Part shown: one piece after another, positions 1 to 9,155 of the stretch
Numbering within the stretch: the first letter of the stretch is position 1
Layout of the letters: the number at the start of each line of letters is the position of its first letter
DNA from: Nitrospirota bacterium
GTDB lineage: Bacteria; Nitrospirota; Nitrospiria; SBBL01; JAADHI01
Direction of reading: 5' to 3'
NCBI GenBank assembly: GCA_029261165.1
Contig: JAJDBV010000068.1
Location: 5-64,004, forward strand
DNA: 64,000 nt
The notes under the pieces: generated by a model
The model's input: the letters and a program-made list of their open reading frames with translations, nothing else
Told to the model about the DNA's origin: nothing
Database searches by the model: none
Translations under genes and position numbers: made by a program

Positions 1-513
1 ACCGACCTTACGCTGATGGAAGATCGGCCCGCCTCACCAGGGTGCGGCACCTGCCGGCTCTGCCTTGATGCCTGCCCAACAGGAGCCTTGACAGAAGCCT
101 ACCGCCTCGACGCGCGCCGATGCATCTCTTATCTGACGATCGAAAATAAAGGCCCCCTCCCGGAGGCTTTTCTTCCGAAAATGGAGGGTTGGATCTTTGG
201 TTGTGACATCTGCCAGGAGGTCTGTCCCTACAACTGGAAACCGGTCCCGACCGACGAAAAGCGACTCGACCCGGCACGCGGGAGCGGACCGTCCCTTTCA
301 ATCGATGAAATCAGGGCGATACCAGACAACCGGGCATTTAAGAAGAAATTCGCTCAGACTCCCCTGTCCCGCGCAAAATTGAAAGGCCTCATTCGTAACG
401 CTGACGCGCTGTCCAAATCACCTACCGTCATCCGCCAAAATGTGGAGGAGAAGTCTGCGTCAACAAAGCCGCCAGGATCAGGGTCAAGGCGGCAAAGCCG
501 ATCTCAACCGTGA
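1..513 (+). CDS. queG: Epoxyqueuosine reductase QueG, C-terminal part (5' end upstream of window)
   Basis: The frame is open from nt 1. Two ferredoxin-type Cys clusters (CGTCRLCLDACPTGA and GCDICQEVCPYN) flank RCISYLTIE, as in QueG. The 3' end overlaps the convergent copD ORF by 86 nt. Confidence 0.85.
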   Translation, partial: TDLTLMEDRPASPGCGTCRLCLDACPTGALTEAYRLDARRCISYLTIENKGPLPEAFLPKMEGWIFGCDICQEVCPYNWKPVPTDEKRLDPARGSGPSLSIDEIRAIPDNRAFKKKFAQTPLSRAKLKGLIRNADALSKSPTVIRQNVEEKSASTKPPGSGSRRQSRSQP

Positions 514-1363
514 GCGCAAATTTAAATCGTCTTTCAAGTTCAGAACCCCTCATCACGTTCCCCGCCTTGATCTTCCGAAATGAAGGGAGAATATAAAAAC
601 GGCTGACGGCCCCCAGAGAAAGGACGATCCCGACAAGGACCAGTTTCGAAAGGAGGACCCTCCCATAAGGAACATTGAACACCCCTCGCCAACCCAGATA
701 GCCCACAGCGTTGATCATTCCGGTCGTGAGAATCATCATGACACAAATCACAGCCCACTTGGAAAAGACGGTAAGTGTCTTTTCCAAAAAGACCACCAAT
801 TGCTCGGGCTCCAGCAAGCGAGCACTCTTTCCCACAATCCACCTCAAAGGGAAGAGTCCCCCAATCCAGATGACAACTGCCATGTAGTGAAACCAATCAG
901 AGAAAATGATCCCAAAAAATGGATTTCGGCTCACGGCATGTCCTGAAAGACTTCCGGTTAAACAAAGGGATAAACCCATGAGAAGGAGAAGGGTCGGTTG
1001 CGCCTTCAAGCGAAATCTTGTCATCACAAAAAGGATCGCCAACAAGAACAGCTTGATGATCCAGATCAGCCCGAAATGGGTTCGTTTCAAAACAAGAGGG
1101 AGGACCGGTATAATCTCGGAAAGAGATAAGCCGCTCATCATCTCCGCCTGATGAACCAGGGTCAGGAGATGAAGTATAAAAAGATAGGCGAGCGCAAAAA
1201 AAATGACGCGTTCTGTACGGTAAAACTCCGCTTCTTCCAAGCGGGTCCGTTTTCCGTCGTCAAACAAAACTATTATTGAGGGAAGGAAGATGAGCCGCCG
1301 GAATGTAATCGACCCCACGAGCACGACAACGCCGATGATATCCAGCCACCGGAAAAGGGTCAT
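428..1363 (-). CDS. copD: CopD-family copper resistance membrane protein
   Basis: Multi-span hydrophobic protein directly downstream of a CopC-domain gene. Start placed at the internal ATG (MTLFRWLD...) after the copC stop; the track ORF extends to 1462 and would overlap copC. Confidence 0.7.
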   Translation of the reverse strand: MTLFRWLDIIGVVVLVGSITFRRLIFLPSIIVLFDDGKRTRLEEAEFYRTERVIFFALAYLFILHLLTLVHQAEMMSGLSLSEIIPVLPLVLKRTHFGLIWIIKLFLLAILFVMTRFRLKAQPTLLLLMGLSLCLTGSLSGHAVSRNPFFGIIFSDWFHYMAVVIWIGGLFPLRWIVGKSARLLEPEQLVVFLEKTLTVFSKWAVICVMMILTTGMINAVGYLGWRGVFNVPYGRVLLSKLVLVGIVLSLGAVSRFYILPSFRKIKAGNVMRGSELERRFKFALTVEIGFAALTLILAALLTQTSPPHFGG

Positions 1364-1398
1364 CCGGCTTAGGTGTGGATCGATCAGTTGCAGTATGC

Positions 1399-1773
1399 TC
1401 ACTTTATTCGGAAGGAGAAGTCTCCTTCCGATCGATGACCGTCCTTGGCAACCACCGTCCAACGAACGCGGTATAAGCCCGCCCCCAATTGTTGAAGAGG
1501 GAGGGACAGAAGGGTGGGATCATTTGAAACGGCTTTCCCCTTCCCCTGGTCGATCCGGTTCCCCTCAGCGTCAAAGAGCTTCATCTCGCTGAAAACAGAT
1601 TCCAGAGGACCATCAAACCAAATCCTGACCGAGGCTGGTGATTCCTTGCTCCCAGAACCAACTTTTGGATCGGAACGGACCGGGAATACATGGCCCCAGA
1701 CCCCTGTCGTGCTTATAATTACGAAGAAAAGTGAAACAAGGAATCTTTTAACAATACCAATGCTCAACAACAT
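1399..1773 (-). CDS. copC: CopC-domain periplasmic copper-binding protein
   Basis: Signal peptide, then a mature N-terminus HVFPVRSDP... (the N-terminal His typical of CopC/YobA), about 100 aa of beta-rich sequence, followed by copD. Confidence 0.75.
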   Translation of the reverse strand: MLLSIGIVKRFLVSLFFVIISTTGVWGHVFPVRSDPKVGSGSKESPASVRIWFDGPLESVFSEMKLFDAEGNRIDQGKGKAVSNDPTLLSLPLQQLGAGLYRVRWTVVAKDGHRSEGDFSFRIK

Positions 1774-1795
1774 TTCATACTCTCTACATCATCGA

Positions 1796-2701
1796 TTACA
1801 AAAGTGGATCTTTAAATTGTTTCGGAAAAAGATCATCAAGATAAAAACTGATGATCCCTGTGACCCCCGTATCCACCTCTTCTCGAGCCGCATCATTCAT
1901 TGGAATCACTGCCGCCACACCAATCTGAGAGGACTTACCCACCCACATCAATCCCGGCATCGCAAAGGCCTCTCGCTGCCCAAAATCCGGCCCGTTTAAA
2001 ACGCGCTCAGAGGTAAACTCCACCATGGGGAAAAGGCGGCTAAACGGCGCCGGAATCCCAACATCCTTCACAAACTGCTGGAGGTAGGGGATGCTATAAT
2101 AAAGCGCAAAATCATAGGAAAGGGTATTTGAGATATTGGCCGAATTCCTGCTAATCGGATGGTGGACGATGAAATCTCCCTGGAGCATCAAGGGACGGAG
2201 ATACTTCGCCCATTCAGGAAGGTCTCCAAATCCCTTCCCATAGAAGATACCTGTTCCGAACGAATTAAAGTCATTTTTCTTGACGTCATCATTCCCTAGA
2301 GAAGTCTCTCCTGTCAGGGCAACGGTAAAAATCCATTCCCGTTTTGGGTCAACATAGGCCACATATTTTAAAACCGCCTCAAGATTACTGATTCCGGTCA
2401 GATTGGGACCGGTTGGGGGATTTCGGTTAACCCATTCTGCCTCGATTTCGAGTCCTAGATTTTCTGTCAATCTCAAGGTCAAAGACGAACCGATCTCAAG
2501 TTCCTTTTCTTCTTCTCCCCGAACAAAGGTCGGCACAACGAGATCAAATTCGCTGGATATATTTGCATCTTCCACCGCGATCGGTTCCACAAAAAGGCGT
2601 TTCCCGACGACGCCATGCGCAAAGGCGGTATGAGGCAGGAGTATCCAGGAAAACATCCAGAAACTGAACACGGAAAAAACCACCACAAAAAAACGCTGCA
2701 T
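1796..2701 (-). CDS. Putative outer-membrane beta-barrel protein (signal peptide), first gene of the copC-copD unit
   Basis: Start set at MQRFFVVVFSVFSF... (ATG 2699-2701), preceded by GAGAGGAGAAGAATA (AGGAG Shine-Dalgarno). Cleavable signal ending AFA-HG, with alternating beta-strand-like sequence. Lies 22 nt upstream of copC. Family not identified with certainty. Confidence 0.5.
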   Translation of the reverse strand: MQRFFVVVFSVFSFWMFSWILLPHTAFAHGVVGKRLFVEPIAVEDANISSEFDLVVPTFVRGEEEKELEIGSSLTLRLTENLGLEIEAEWVNRNPPTGPNLTGISNLEAVLKYVAYVDPKREWIFTVALTGETSLGNDDVKKNDFNSFGTGIFYGKGFGDLPEWAKYLRPLMLQGDFIVHHPISRNSANISNTLSYDFALYYSIPYLQQFVKDVGIPAPFSRLFPMVEFTSERVLNGPDFGQREAFAMPGLMWVGKSSQIGVAAVIPMNDAAREEVDTGVTGIISFYLDDLFPKQFKDPLL

Positions 2702-3130
2702 TATTCTTCTCCTCTCTATACTATAACCCCGACGGGGAACAAACATGTGACCTGCCCCCAATCCATAATTTCCTTCTCTGAAAGAAAGAACACAAATTTA
2801 AATTCTCATGAAACTTAAATGGAAGGAGGGGAGCGGTCATGCAAAGGAGCAGAATTGACAGGACCGGGAAGACTCTCTTCGATACCACACTGAACATACA
2901 AAAAATTATACAAAATCCTTATTAAAAGATCAAACCATATGTACGATCATCTACTCTCAGTGAACACCAAAAACAACCGAAAATTGATCAATAACTAATC
3001 CAGAAAGAGCCAAGAATAGAAAGACTTCTGGTGAAAAATGTTGCCGCTATCTGTTTCTTATGATAGGTTTCGATCGTCACATTTCACGGACATCGAATCC
3101 CGTGTTGAATTAAGTTGAAGGAGGTCCAAA

Positions 3131-3847
3131 ATGAAGCAAGTTCTAATTGCAATAACAAGTGCTATCCTCTTCGTTCAGGCAAGCGCCTATGCGGCGCCCA
3201 TCGGGATCCCCGGCGCCACAGTCGGGACAAATAATTCCATGATCACCGCCGAGGTCAATCTTCTTTCTGACCGAGACTTGAATGTCGATCCTGGCGATCC
3301 TGCGGAGGAGGTTGAGACCACCCAATTGATCCTCAAAGGAGAAGTGGGATTGAATAAACGGGTCGACCTCAATGTCCGGTTCGGCTTTGGAACGTTTGAA
3401 GTAACTCCCGGGGTAAATCAGATTAATACCGATAGAGGCCCTCTTTTCGGAGTCGGGTTGAAGGCCACATGGGCCGAGCTTCCCGACGCAAACGTGAAGA
3501 TCGGGACTGTTGTTCAAACGCTTCGGATGCGAGGTGAACAGGACGGAGGTACCGGAGGTCCAGGAGGAGTAGACGGACAACGCCACTCCTTCACCGAATA
3601 TGATCTGGCCATCGGCGCATATTATACCCCACCAGGCCGTACTCCGGGCAAGAAAGAACTTGTTCTCCTCCCCTACGGCGGCCTGGTCTGGTCCGGAGTG
3701 GACATTAACGGCAACGCTCGTGAAGATGACACTTTCGGTATCTTTATCGGAACAGTCGTGAAAACGGGGGGGAAGGTGCAGTATGGAGTTGAACTTCGAA
3801 TTCCTGATCAGACCGCACTCTCGTTCAGCGCATCATATCGTTTTTAG
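3131..3847 (+). CDS. Putative outer-membrane beta-barrel protein
   Basis: GGAGG Shine-Dalgarno 7 nt upstream, signal peptide MKQVLIAITSAILFVQASAYA, Gly/aromatic-rich alternating strands, and a C-terminal ...SASYRF (terminal Phe typical of OMPs). Confidence 0.55.
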   Translation: MKQVLIAITSAILFVQASAYAAPIGIPGATVGTNNSMITAEVNLLSDRDLNVDPGDPAEEVETTQLILKGEVGLNKRVDLNVRFGFGTFEVTPGVNQINTDRGPLFGVGLKATWAELPDANVKIGTVVQTLRMRGEQDGGTGGPGGVDGQRHSFTEYDLAIGAYYTPPGRTPGKKELVLLPYGGLVWSGVDINGNAREDDTFGIFIGTVVKTGGKVQYGVELRIPDQTALSFSASYRF

Positions 3848-3864
3848 GCCTATTACCCCTATCA

Positions 3865-3902
3865 CCATGATCCAAGATCTCATCCCAGATCTTGGATCAT
3901 GG
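3865..3902. terminator. Perfect 16-bp stem-loop between convergent genes
   Basis: CCATGATCCAAGATCT-catccc-AGATCTTGGATCATGG lies between the stop of 3131..3847(+) and the stop of 3930..4493(-). There is no strong U-tract on either side. Confidence 0.55.
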
Positions 3903-3929
3903 ATCGGGCTTGTAATTTAAAAAAACGGA

Positions 3930-4493
3930 TCAATTCATGTTTGGATCGGGGGGCATCGAAGCATAAAAGGCCCAGCTTGAACCAAGTCGGCGCATCATTT
4001 GAGACCAGAGTACAGTAGGATCCGCATCAAAAATCAAGGTCGAATCAGACGAAATCACGCTCCAGGCACCGGATTGAATCTCGGCCTCCAACTGTCCAGG
4101 CCCCCAACCTCCATATCCCAGATAGCATCGAACCTCTCCATCCGGCCCCAATACGCCAGGAGTCTTTAATGCGTCAATATTTTTTGCAACAAATACCCCC
4201 TCAACAACAGGGTGGTTCTCGTAGTCCCTGTCTCCGCGACAGAGAATCAGCATCCCATTTCTCGCAATAGGCCCCCCCGCGTACACACAGTCTGTTCCGC
4301 TCACTCTTGGGAAATCTTCAATGAGTGTGGAAACCGTAATTTCTGTTGGTCTGTTCATGATGACCCCAAGTGACCCCTCACTCCCATGTTCGCAAATCAA
4401 GACAACCGACCGGCGAAAATTCGGGTCATTCAATTGTGGCATCGCGACCAGCAATTTTCCTTTGGAGATATCAGGACTTGGCTCCAGCTTCAT
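3930..4493 (-). CDS. YqgE/AlgH family protein (UPF0301)
   Basis: N-terminal GKLLVAMPQLNDPNFRRSVVLICEHGSEGSLGVIMNRP is the family signature. Length 187 aa. Confidence 0.8.
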   Translation of the reverse strand: MKLEPSPDISKGKLLVAMPQLNDPNFRRSVVLICEHGSEGSLGVIMNRPTEITVSTLIEDFPRVSGTDCVYAGGPIARNGMLILCRGDRDYENHPVVEGVFVAKNIDALKTPGVLGPDGEVRCYLGYGGWGPGQLEAEIQSGAWSVISSDSTLIFDADPTVLWSQMMRRLGSSWAFYASMPPDPNMN

Positions 4494-4645
4494 CGGATCC
4501 CCGTTAAATATAAGGCCAACAACACTCTCTTATTATTCTAACCTGTCAAAGGGGATCTGACAAGGGCAAAACTTTAAACAGAGAATGGGTGTTACCAGGA
4601 AGCTCTACATTGAAGAACGAGGATTGGACTCGAGGTACCTGTCCA

Positions 4646-6610
4646 TCAGGATGAAATCTGGGGAGAACCCGTTTTATGTCTGCAATAAGGACAGACGCAC
4701 CACTCCGGCTGGGTCAGTTTTCCGCAGGAGGAACAGACGTATGGAGATGGCGATTCGCAATGAGGACAGACCAGGAAATCGACCCGTATCGGCCTGTCGC
4801 ACTTGGAACAGATACTCTTAAAGACCTCTTCCGACTCAACAACACGCAAGACCTCTTCAACAACGGTAATCCCCGCTTTCACTTTCTCAATGCCGTCTTC
4901 CTCCATTGAGGTCATCCCCAAAACCACGCCCGCGGATCGAAGTTCCTGATCCGTCACCCCGGACGAAATCATCTCCTTGACCTTACTTGAAAGTGTCAAT
5001 ATTTCAAAAATACCAACGCGGCCTGAGAAACCGGTATAGTTACACGCATTGCACCCTTCCCCTTGTTCGGCGGGACCGACTGGAAATCCCCCGGGAGCAT
5101 GAGAGTGACCTTTTGGAGAAAAGGGTTTTTGAGAAGAAGCGGATTGAAGAGAAACGACTTTACACTTCGTACAAAGTTTACGGATAAGACGCTGACCGAT
5201 AATACCAATAACCGCAGATGAAACAAGATATCTGGGTATACCGATATCGATCAGACGCGTAATCGTCGATGTTGCATCATTGGTGTGAATCGTCGAAAGG
5301 ACAAGATGCCCCGTCATGGCTGCGCGAAATGCGATTTCGGCTGTTTCCAAATCCCGGATTTCACCCACAAAAATGATATTCGGATCCTGTCTCAATATTG
5401 ACCGCAAAGCAGTGGAAAATGTAAGCCCGGTGTCAGGGTTGATTTGAACCTGATTAATCCCGTCTATCGTGTACTCAACCGGATCTTCCACCGTGGTCAG
5501 ATTACTGACCTCTGACCGCAACTCATTGATAATCGAATAAAGTGTGGTTGTTTTCCCGCTGCCCGTTGGGCCGGTCACCAGGATCATTCCTTTCCTTTTC
5601 TTGACCATTTTCCGCACGGCCAAAACATCTTTTTCAAGGAAACCTACTTTTTCGATCTCAATCAACAGCTTCGATTGATCCAAGATACGAAGGACGACCT
5701 TTTCACCAAGATGGGTCGGCAGCGTTGAAACCCGTAAATCAACCTCACGATTTTGAGCATAAACTCGAACCGCACCGTCCTGGGGAAGACGTCGCTCAGA
5801 GATATCAAGCTTGGCCAAAATCTTGATCCGAGAAACCAGCGGGTTTTGAACCCACTTTGGAAGCCGCATATCGTCTTTGAGAAGGCCATCGATTCTAAAC
5901 CGAACCTTGCATTCCTTCTGTCCGGGTTCAATATGAATATCACTGGCACGCATCTTAATCGCTTTACTTAAGATCAAATTTGACAATTGGATCACCGGAG
6001 CCAAGCGGCTTCGCTCTTCGAGAGAACGTGTTTCCGCATTGAGAAGATCGCCCTCGGCCAACTCCGGGATTACCTCAACCGATCCGGTGTCAAAATCTTT
6101 CGCAGAGGCCTGCACGATCTTTTCCACTGATGTATCGATTCGATAACTGTCGTCTATAGTCTCGAGAACTTCTTTCCGGGTTGAAACAACAGGATGAACA
6201 GCTATCCCAGCATGGAAGCGAAGGTCATTGATTGATTCATAATCCAAGGGATCGACCATGGCAACGATCAGTTCTTTATTTTCGACCTTTAATGGAACTG
6301 CAAGATGGCGTCTGGCGAGCTGTTCCGGAATCAACATGAAAAGCTCAGGATCGACCGCCATCGAAGTTGGTTTTATAAAACTCATCCCGATTAAAGACGC
6401 GAGTGTTTGTGCAAGCTGCTCTTCGGAAATCATCTGCAATTCAATCAGCGTTTCCCCCAAGCGCTTGCGGTTCCTTTTCTGCTCCTGAAGGGCACGATTG
6501 AGCTGATGCTCTGATAAAAATCCGACTTCGATGAGCAGTTCGCCCAGTTTTTTTCTGCCGGTTTTCTTCTTTGGTTGGTTTATCGTATTTTCCACATCAG
6601 CCTTCGGCAA
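4646..6610 (-). CDS. MshE/PilB/GspE-type secretion ATPase with N-terminal MshEN domain and C-terminal double zinc ribbon
   Basis: Walker A GPTGSGKTT, Walker B/Asp box IIFVGEIRD, His box GHLVLSTIHTND, tetracysteine CTKC...CNAC, a GSPII_E N-domain and tandem MshEN motifs. The track start is TTG 6608-6610. An in-frame GTG at 6593-6595 preceded by GAAGG is an alternative start. Confidence 0.85.
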   Translation of the reverse strand: MPKADVENTINQPKKKTGRKKLGELLIEVGFLSEHQLNRALQEQKRNRKRLGETLIELQMISEEQLAQTLASLIGMSFIKPTSMAVDPELFMLIPEQLARRHLAVPLKVENKELIVAMVDPLDYESINDLRFHAGIAVHPVVSTRKEVLETIDDSYRIDTSVEKIVQASAKDFDTGSVEVIPELAEGDLLNAETRSLEERSRLAPVIQLSNLILSKAIKMRASDIHIEPGQKECKVRFRIDGLLKDDMRLPKWVQNPLVSRIKILAKLDISERRLPQDGAVRVYAQNREVDLRVSTLPTHLGEKVVLRILDQSKLLIEIEKVGFLEKDVLAVRKMVKKRKGMILVTGPTGSGKTTTLYSIINELRSEVSNLTTVEDPVEYTIDGINQVQINPDTGLTFSTALRSILRQDPNIIFVGEIRDLETAEIAFRAAMTGHLVLSTIHTNDATSTITRLIDIGIPRYLVSSAVIGIIGQRLIRKLCTKCKVVSLQSASSQKPFSPKGHSHAPGGFPVGPAEQGEGCNACNYTGFSGRVGIFEILTLSSKVKEMISSGVTDQELRSAGVVLGMTSMEEDGIEKVKAGITVVEEVLRVVESEEVFKSICSKCDRPIRVDFLVCPHCESPSPYVCSSCGKLTQPEWCVCPYCRHKTGSPQISS

Positions 6611-6638
6611 AAGAAAAATCTCTTTTGAAAGAGAGATT
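6609..6638 (-). terminator. Weak intrinsic-terminator-like hairpin plus U-tract in the leader of the ATPase gene, downstream of manB-like gene
   Basis: Minus strand reads AATCTCT-cuuucaaa-AGAGATT followed by TTTCTTTT. The stem is 7 bp and AU-rich, and it abuts the TTG start codon. Confidence 0.35.
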
Positions 6639-6661
6639 GGCTTACGATCACATCAAGATAT

Positions 6662-6689
6662 ATTTTATCTGGAAATAGGCCTATGTCAA
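6662..6689 (-). promoter_or_regulatory. Sigma70-like promoter for the MshE-like ATPase gene
   Basis: Minus strand has TTGACA (6689-6684), a 16-nt spacer and TAAAAT (6667-6662), located between the manB-like stop (6712) and the ATPase start. Confidence 0.45.
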
Positions 6690-6711
6690 GTCGATTAAAT
6701 CAGCGCGGGGT

Positions 6712-8055
6712 TTACCCGCCGACCTTTGCCAATATTTGGTTAACATATTCCTGTATTTCGGTCAAAAGCGCGGGGTGGTCCGCTTCAAACCGCAATACCA
6801 GAGCCGGTTGGGTATTCGACGCGCGGATCAAGCCCCATCCCCCTTCAAACAAGATACGTATGCCATCGACCTCTATCGTTTTATGCTTTTTCGAGAAAAA
6901 AGACCGGCAGCGTTCAACAATCTCGAATTTCCGGTCATCGGGGCAATCAACACGAATTTCAGGCGTGACGCAGGTAAGCGGAAGATCGACAAAATATGAT
7001 GAGAGCGGACGTTCATCCTTGCAAAGGATTTCTACAAGCCGACACCCCGCGTAAATCGCATCATCATATCCAAAATACCGATCACCGAAGAAAAGGTGGC
7101 CACTCATCTCCCCAGCAAGCAAGGCCCCTGTCTCCTTCATCTTGGCCTTGATAAGGGAGTGGCCCGTCTTCCACATAATCGCTTTCCCACCCATGCGGGT
7201 AATTTCGTCATACAATACCTGGGAGGCCTTCACCTCAGAGATGACAGTTGCCCCCGGCGTTTCCTTTAGGATCTCCTTGGCAAACAAAAGGGTAAGGCGA
7301 TCCCCCCAAATGATCTCTCCTTTTTCATCAACAACGCCCAGACGGTCTCCATCTCCATCAAATGCAATTCCGGCATCGGCTCCCTCTTTCCGCACTGTTG
7401 CGATCAGGTCGGCCAGGTTTTCGGGGACCGTCGGGTCGGGATGATGATTCGGAAAACGGCCATCCGGCTCACAATAAAGCGGAATGACCTCACAGCCCAA
7501 TCTTTCGAAAATTTCAGGAGCGATCAGGGAAGCGGCAGCATTTCCACAGTCAATAACGATTTTTTTTGAAAACGATGTTCCGAATTGCGCCACAAAGTAA
7601 TCAACATAGGAAGACATAAATTCTTTGATCGTATCAAGCGTTCCCGTCCCCTTCTCATAATCTTCATGCTCAATCAGAGACCGGACTTCTTGAATTTCAT
7701 CGCCAAAGAGGGATTTCCTTCCGTGAGAGAGCTTGAAACCGTTGAATTCCGCCGGATTGTGACTGGCCGTAATCATTACTCCTCCATCAACTTCCAACTG
7801 AAAGAGCGAGAAATAAAGAACCGGGGTCGGACACTTCCCGATATCAATGACATGAAGACCGGTTGAAAGAAGACCGGAAAGAAGGGCCGATCGCAATGAA
7901 GGACTGCTTAAACGGATATCATAGCCGAGGGAAATCTTTTTCTTCCCATCCCGGCGAATCAAGGTTCCAAACGATTTTCCAATCGCCTCTGCCACATCCT
8001 CCGTCAGTTCTTTTCCATATATCCCACGGATATCATATTCTCTGAAGAGAGCCAT
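6712..8055 (-). CDS. Phosphomannomutase/phosphoglucomutase (alpha-D-phosphohexomutase family)
   Basis: Active-site loop TASHNPAEFNGFK, metal loop FDGDGDRL, sugar loop GEMSGH. Length 447 aa. Confidence 0.85.
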   Translation of the reverse strand: MALFREYDIRGIYGKELTEDVAEAIGKSFGTLIRRDGKKKISLGYDIRLSSPSLRSALLSGLLSTGLHVIDIGKCPTPVLYFSLFQLEVDGGVMITASHNPAEFNGFKLSHGRKSLFGDEIQEVRSLIEHEDYEKGTGTLDTIKEFMSSYVDYFVAQFGTSFSKKIVIDCGNAAASLIAPEIFERLGCEVIPLYCEPDGRFPNHHPDPTVPENLADLIATVRKEGADAGIAFDGDGDRLGVVDEKGEIIWGDRLTLLFAKEILKETPGATVISEVKASQVLYDEITRMGGKAIMWKTGHSLIKAKMKETGALLAGEMSGHLFFGDRYFGYDDAIYAGCRLVEILCKDERPLSSYFVDLPLTCVTPEIRVDCPDDRKFEIVERCRSFFSKKHKTIEVDGIRILFEGGWGLIRASNTQPALVLRFEADHPALLTEIQEYVNQILAKVGG

Positions 8056-8161
8056 CTCTATTTATCCTTTCACACCTTTCAAACTTCGTACATGATCGTA
8101 AATAATCTGTCCTCCGCGCTGCTTCTCCCCTCGCCTAAAACGGAAAAAGTGGGAAGCCCTT

Positions 8162-8189
8162 GCCCCAATTTGAACCTGCAAATTGGGGC
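8162..8189 (-). terminator. Perfect 10-bp stem-loop downstream of the GT2 gene
   Basis: GCCCCAATTT-gaacctgc-AAATTGGGGC lies 20 nt after the stop at 8210. No immediate U-tract on the minus strand. Confidence 0.4.
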
Positions 8190-8209
8190 TGTGTGATAAA
8201 TCCCTCCGT

Positions 8210-8983
8210 CTACTGTTTTTGCTGAGATTGTTTTTCCAAACGGCGATGAAAAATAATCTTACTGTATTTCACAAACACGTACATGAAAGATAACATGGAG
8301 ACCACAAAGCCCGCAAAACCATCCAAAAATCCCTTGCGCAATATGTACATCCGGATGAAGGTCACCTTCGCGTGTAACAAGGGGGTGAATACATTCACCT
8401 TTTTACCTCGCTTTATTAATTCTCGAGCACTTATTTCAGTGAACTTGTCCAGTGTTTGAATATGGTCCGATATACTGTCGAAGGAATAGTGCAATATGTC
8501 ACCGTTAAGCTCGACAATATCACTGCTCTCTACCATGATTTTATCGTGTGGATTGATACCACCCCACTTTGCTTTTTGCTTATTGAACAACCTCACCTTT
8601 TTATCAGGATACCAACAGTGATTCAACCATCGGTACACATAAAAGGTCTTCCGAGCCATTTTATAAGCATCTTGCGCATCGAGTGTTCTTTTGATATTAC
8701 TAATGGATTCCTGTAATTCAACAGATAATCGTTCATCGCAGTCCAGGCTTAATACCCAGTCGAAATTGGCTTTACAGACGGCCAGATTCTTTTGTTCAAC
8801 ATGTCCCAAAAATTCTTGATTATAAATTCTATCGGTATATTGTGACGCGATTTCAACTGTCTTATCCGTACTCAAGGAATCAACGACAATAATCTCATCC
8901 GCAACGGATTGAAGGCTTTTTAAGCAGTCTTCAATTTTTTTCTCTTCATTATAAGAAATGATGCAGGCACTGATTCTTGCCAT
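8210..8983 (-). CDS. Family 2 glycosyltransferase, LPS-core WaaE/KdtX-like
   Basis: N-terminus ISACIISYNEEKKIEDCLKSL...DEIIVVDSLSTDKT and DCDE motif. AAAGGAGAG Shine-Dalgarno upstream. Confidence 0.8.
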   Translation of the reverse strand: MARISACIISYNEEKKIEDCLKSLQSVADEIIVVDSLSTDKTVEIASQYTDRIYNQEFLGHVEQKNLAVCKANFDWVLSLDCDERLSVELQESISNIKRTLDAQDAYKMARKTFYVYRWLNHCWYPDKKVRLFNKQKAKWGGINPHDKIMVESSDIVELNGDILHYSFDSISDHIQTLDKFTEISARELIKRGKKVNVFTPLLHAKVTFIRMYILRKGFLDGFAGFVVSMLSFMYVFVKYSKIIFHRRLEKQSQQKQ

Positions 8984-9155
8984 AGCCGTCTCTCCTTTGT
9001 GCCGTTTCGCAAATGTCAGGGGGCGATCTAACGGGAGCTGTGGACAATAAAGGTCGACGCGCGTCTGCTGACATTCAAGGGAGCGCCATGCGCCGGATCG
9101 AGGTAGATATATCCAGCTTAGGAACCTTCAAATTGCGGTTTCAACCCATACTTAA

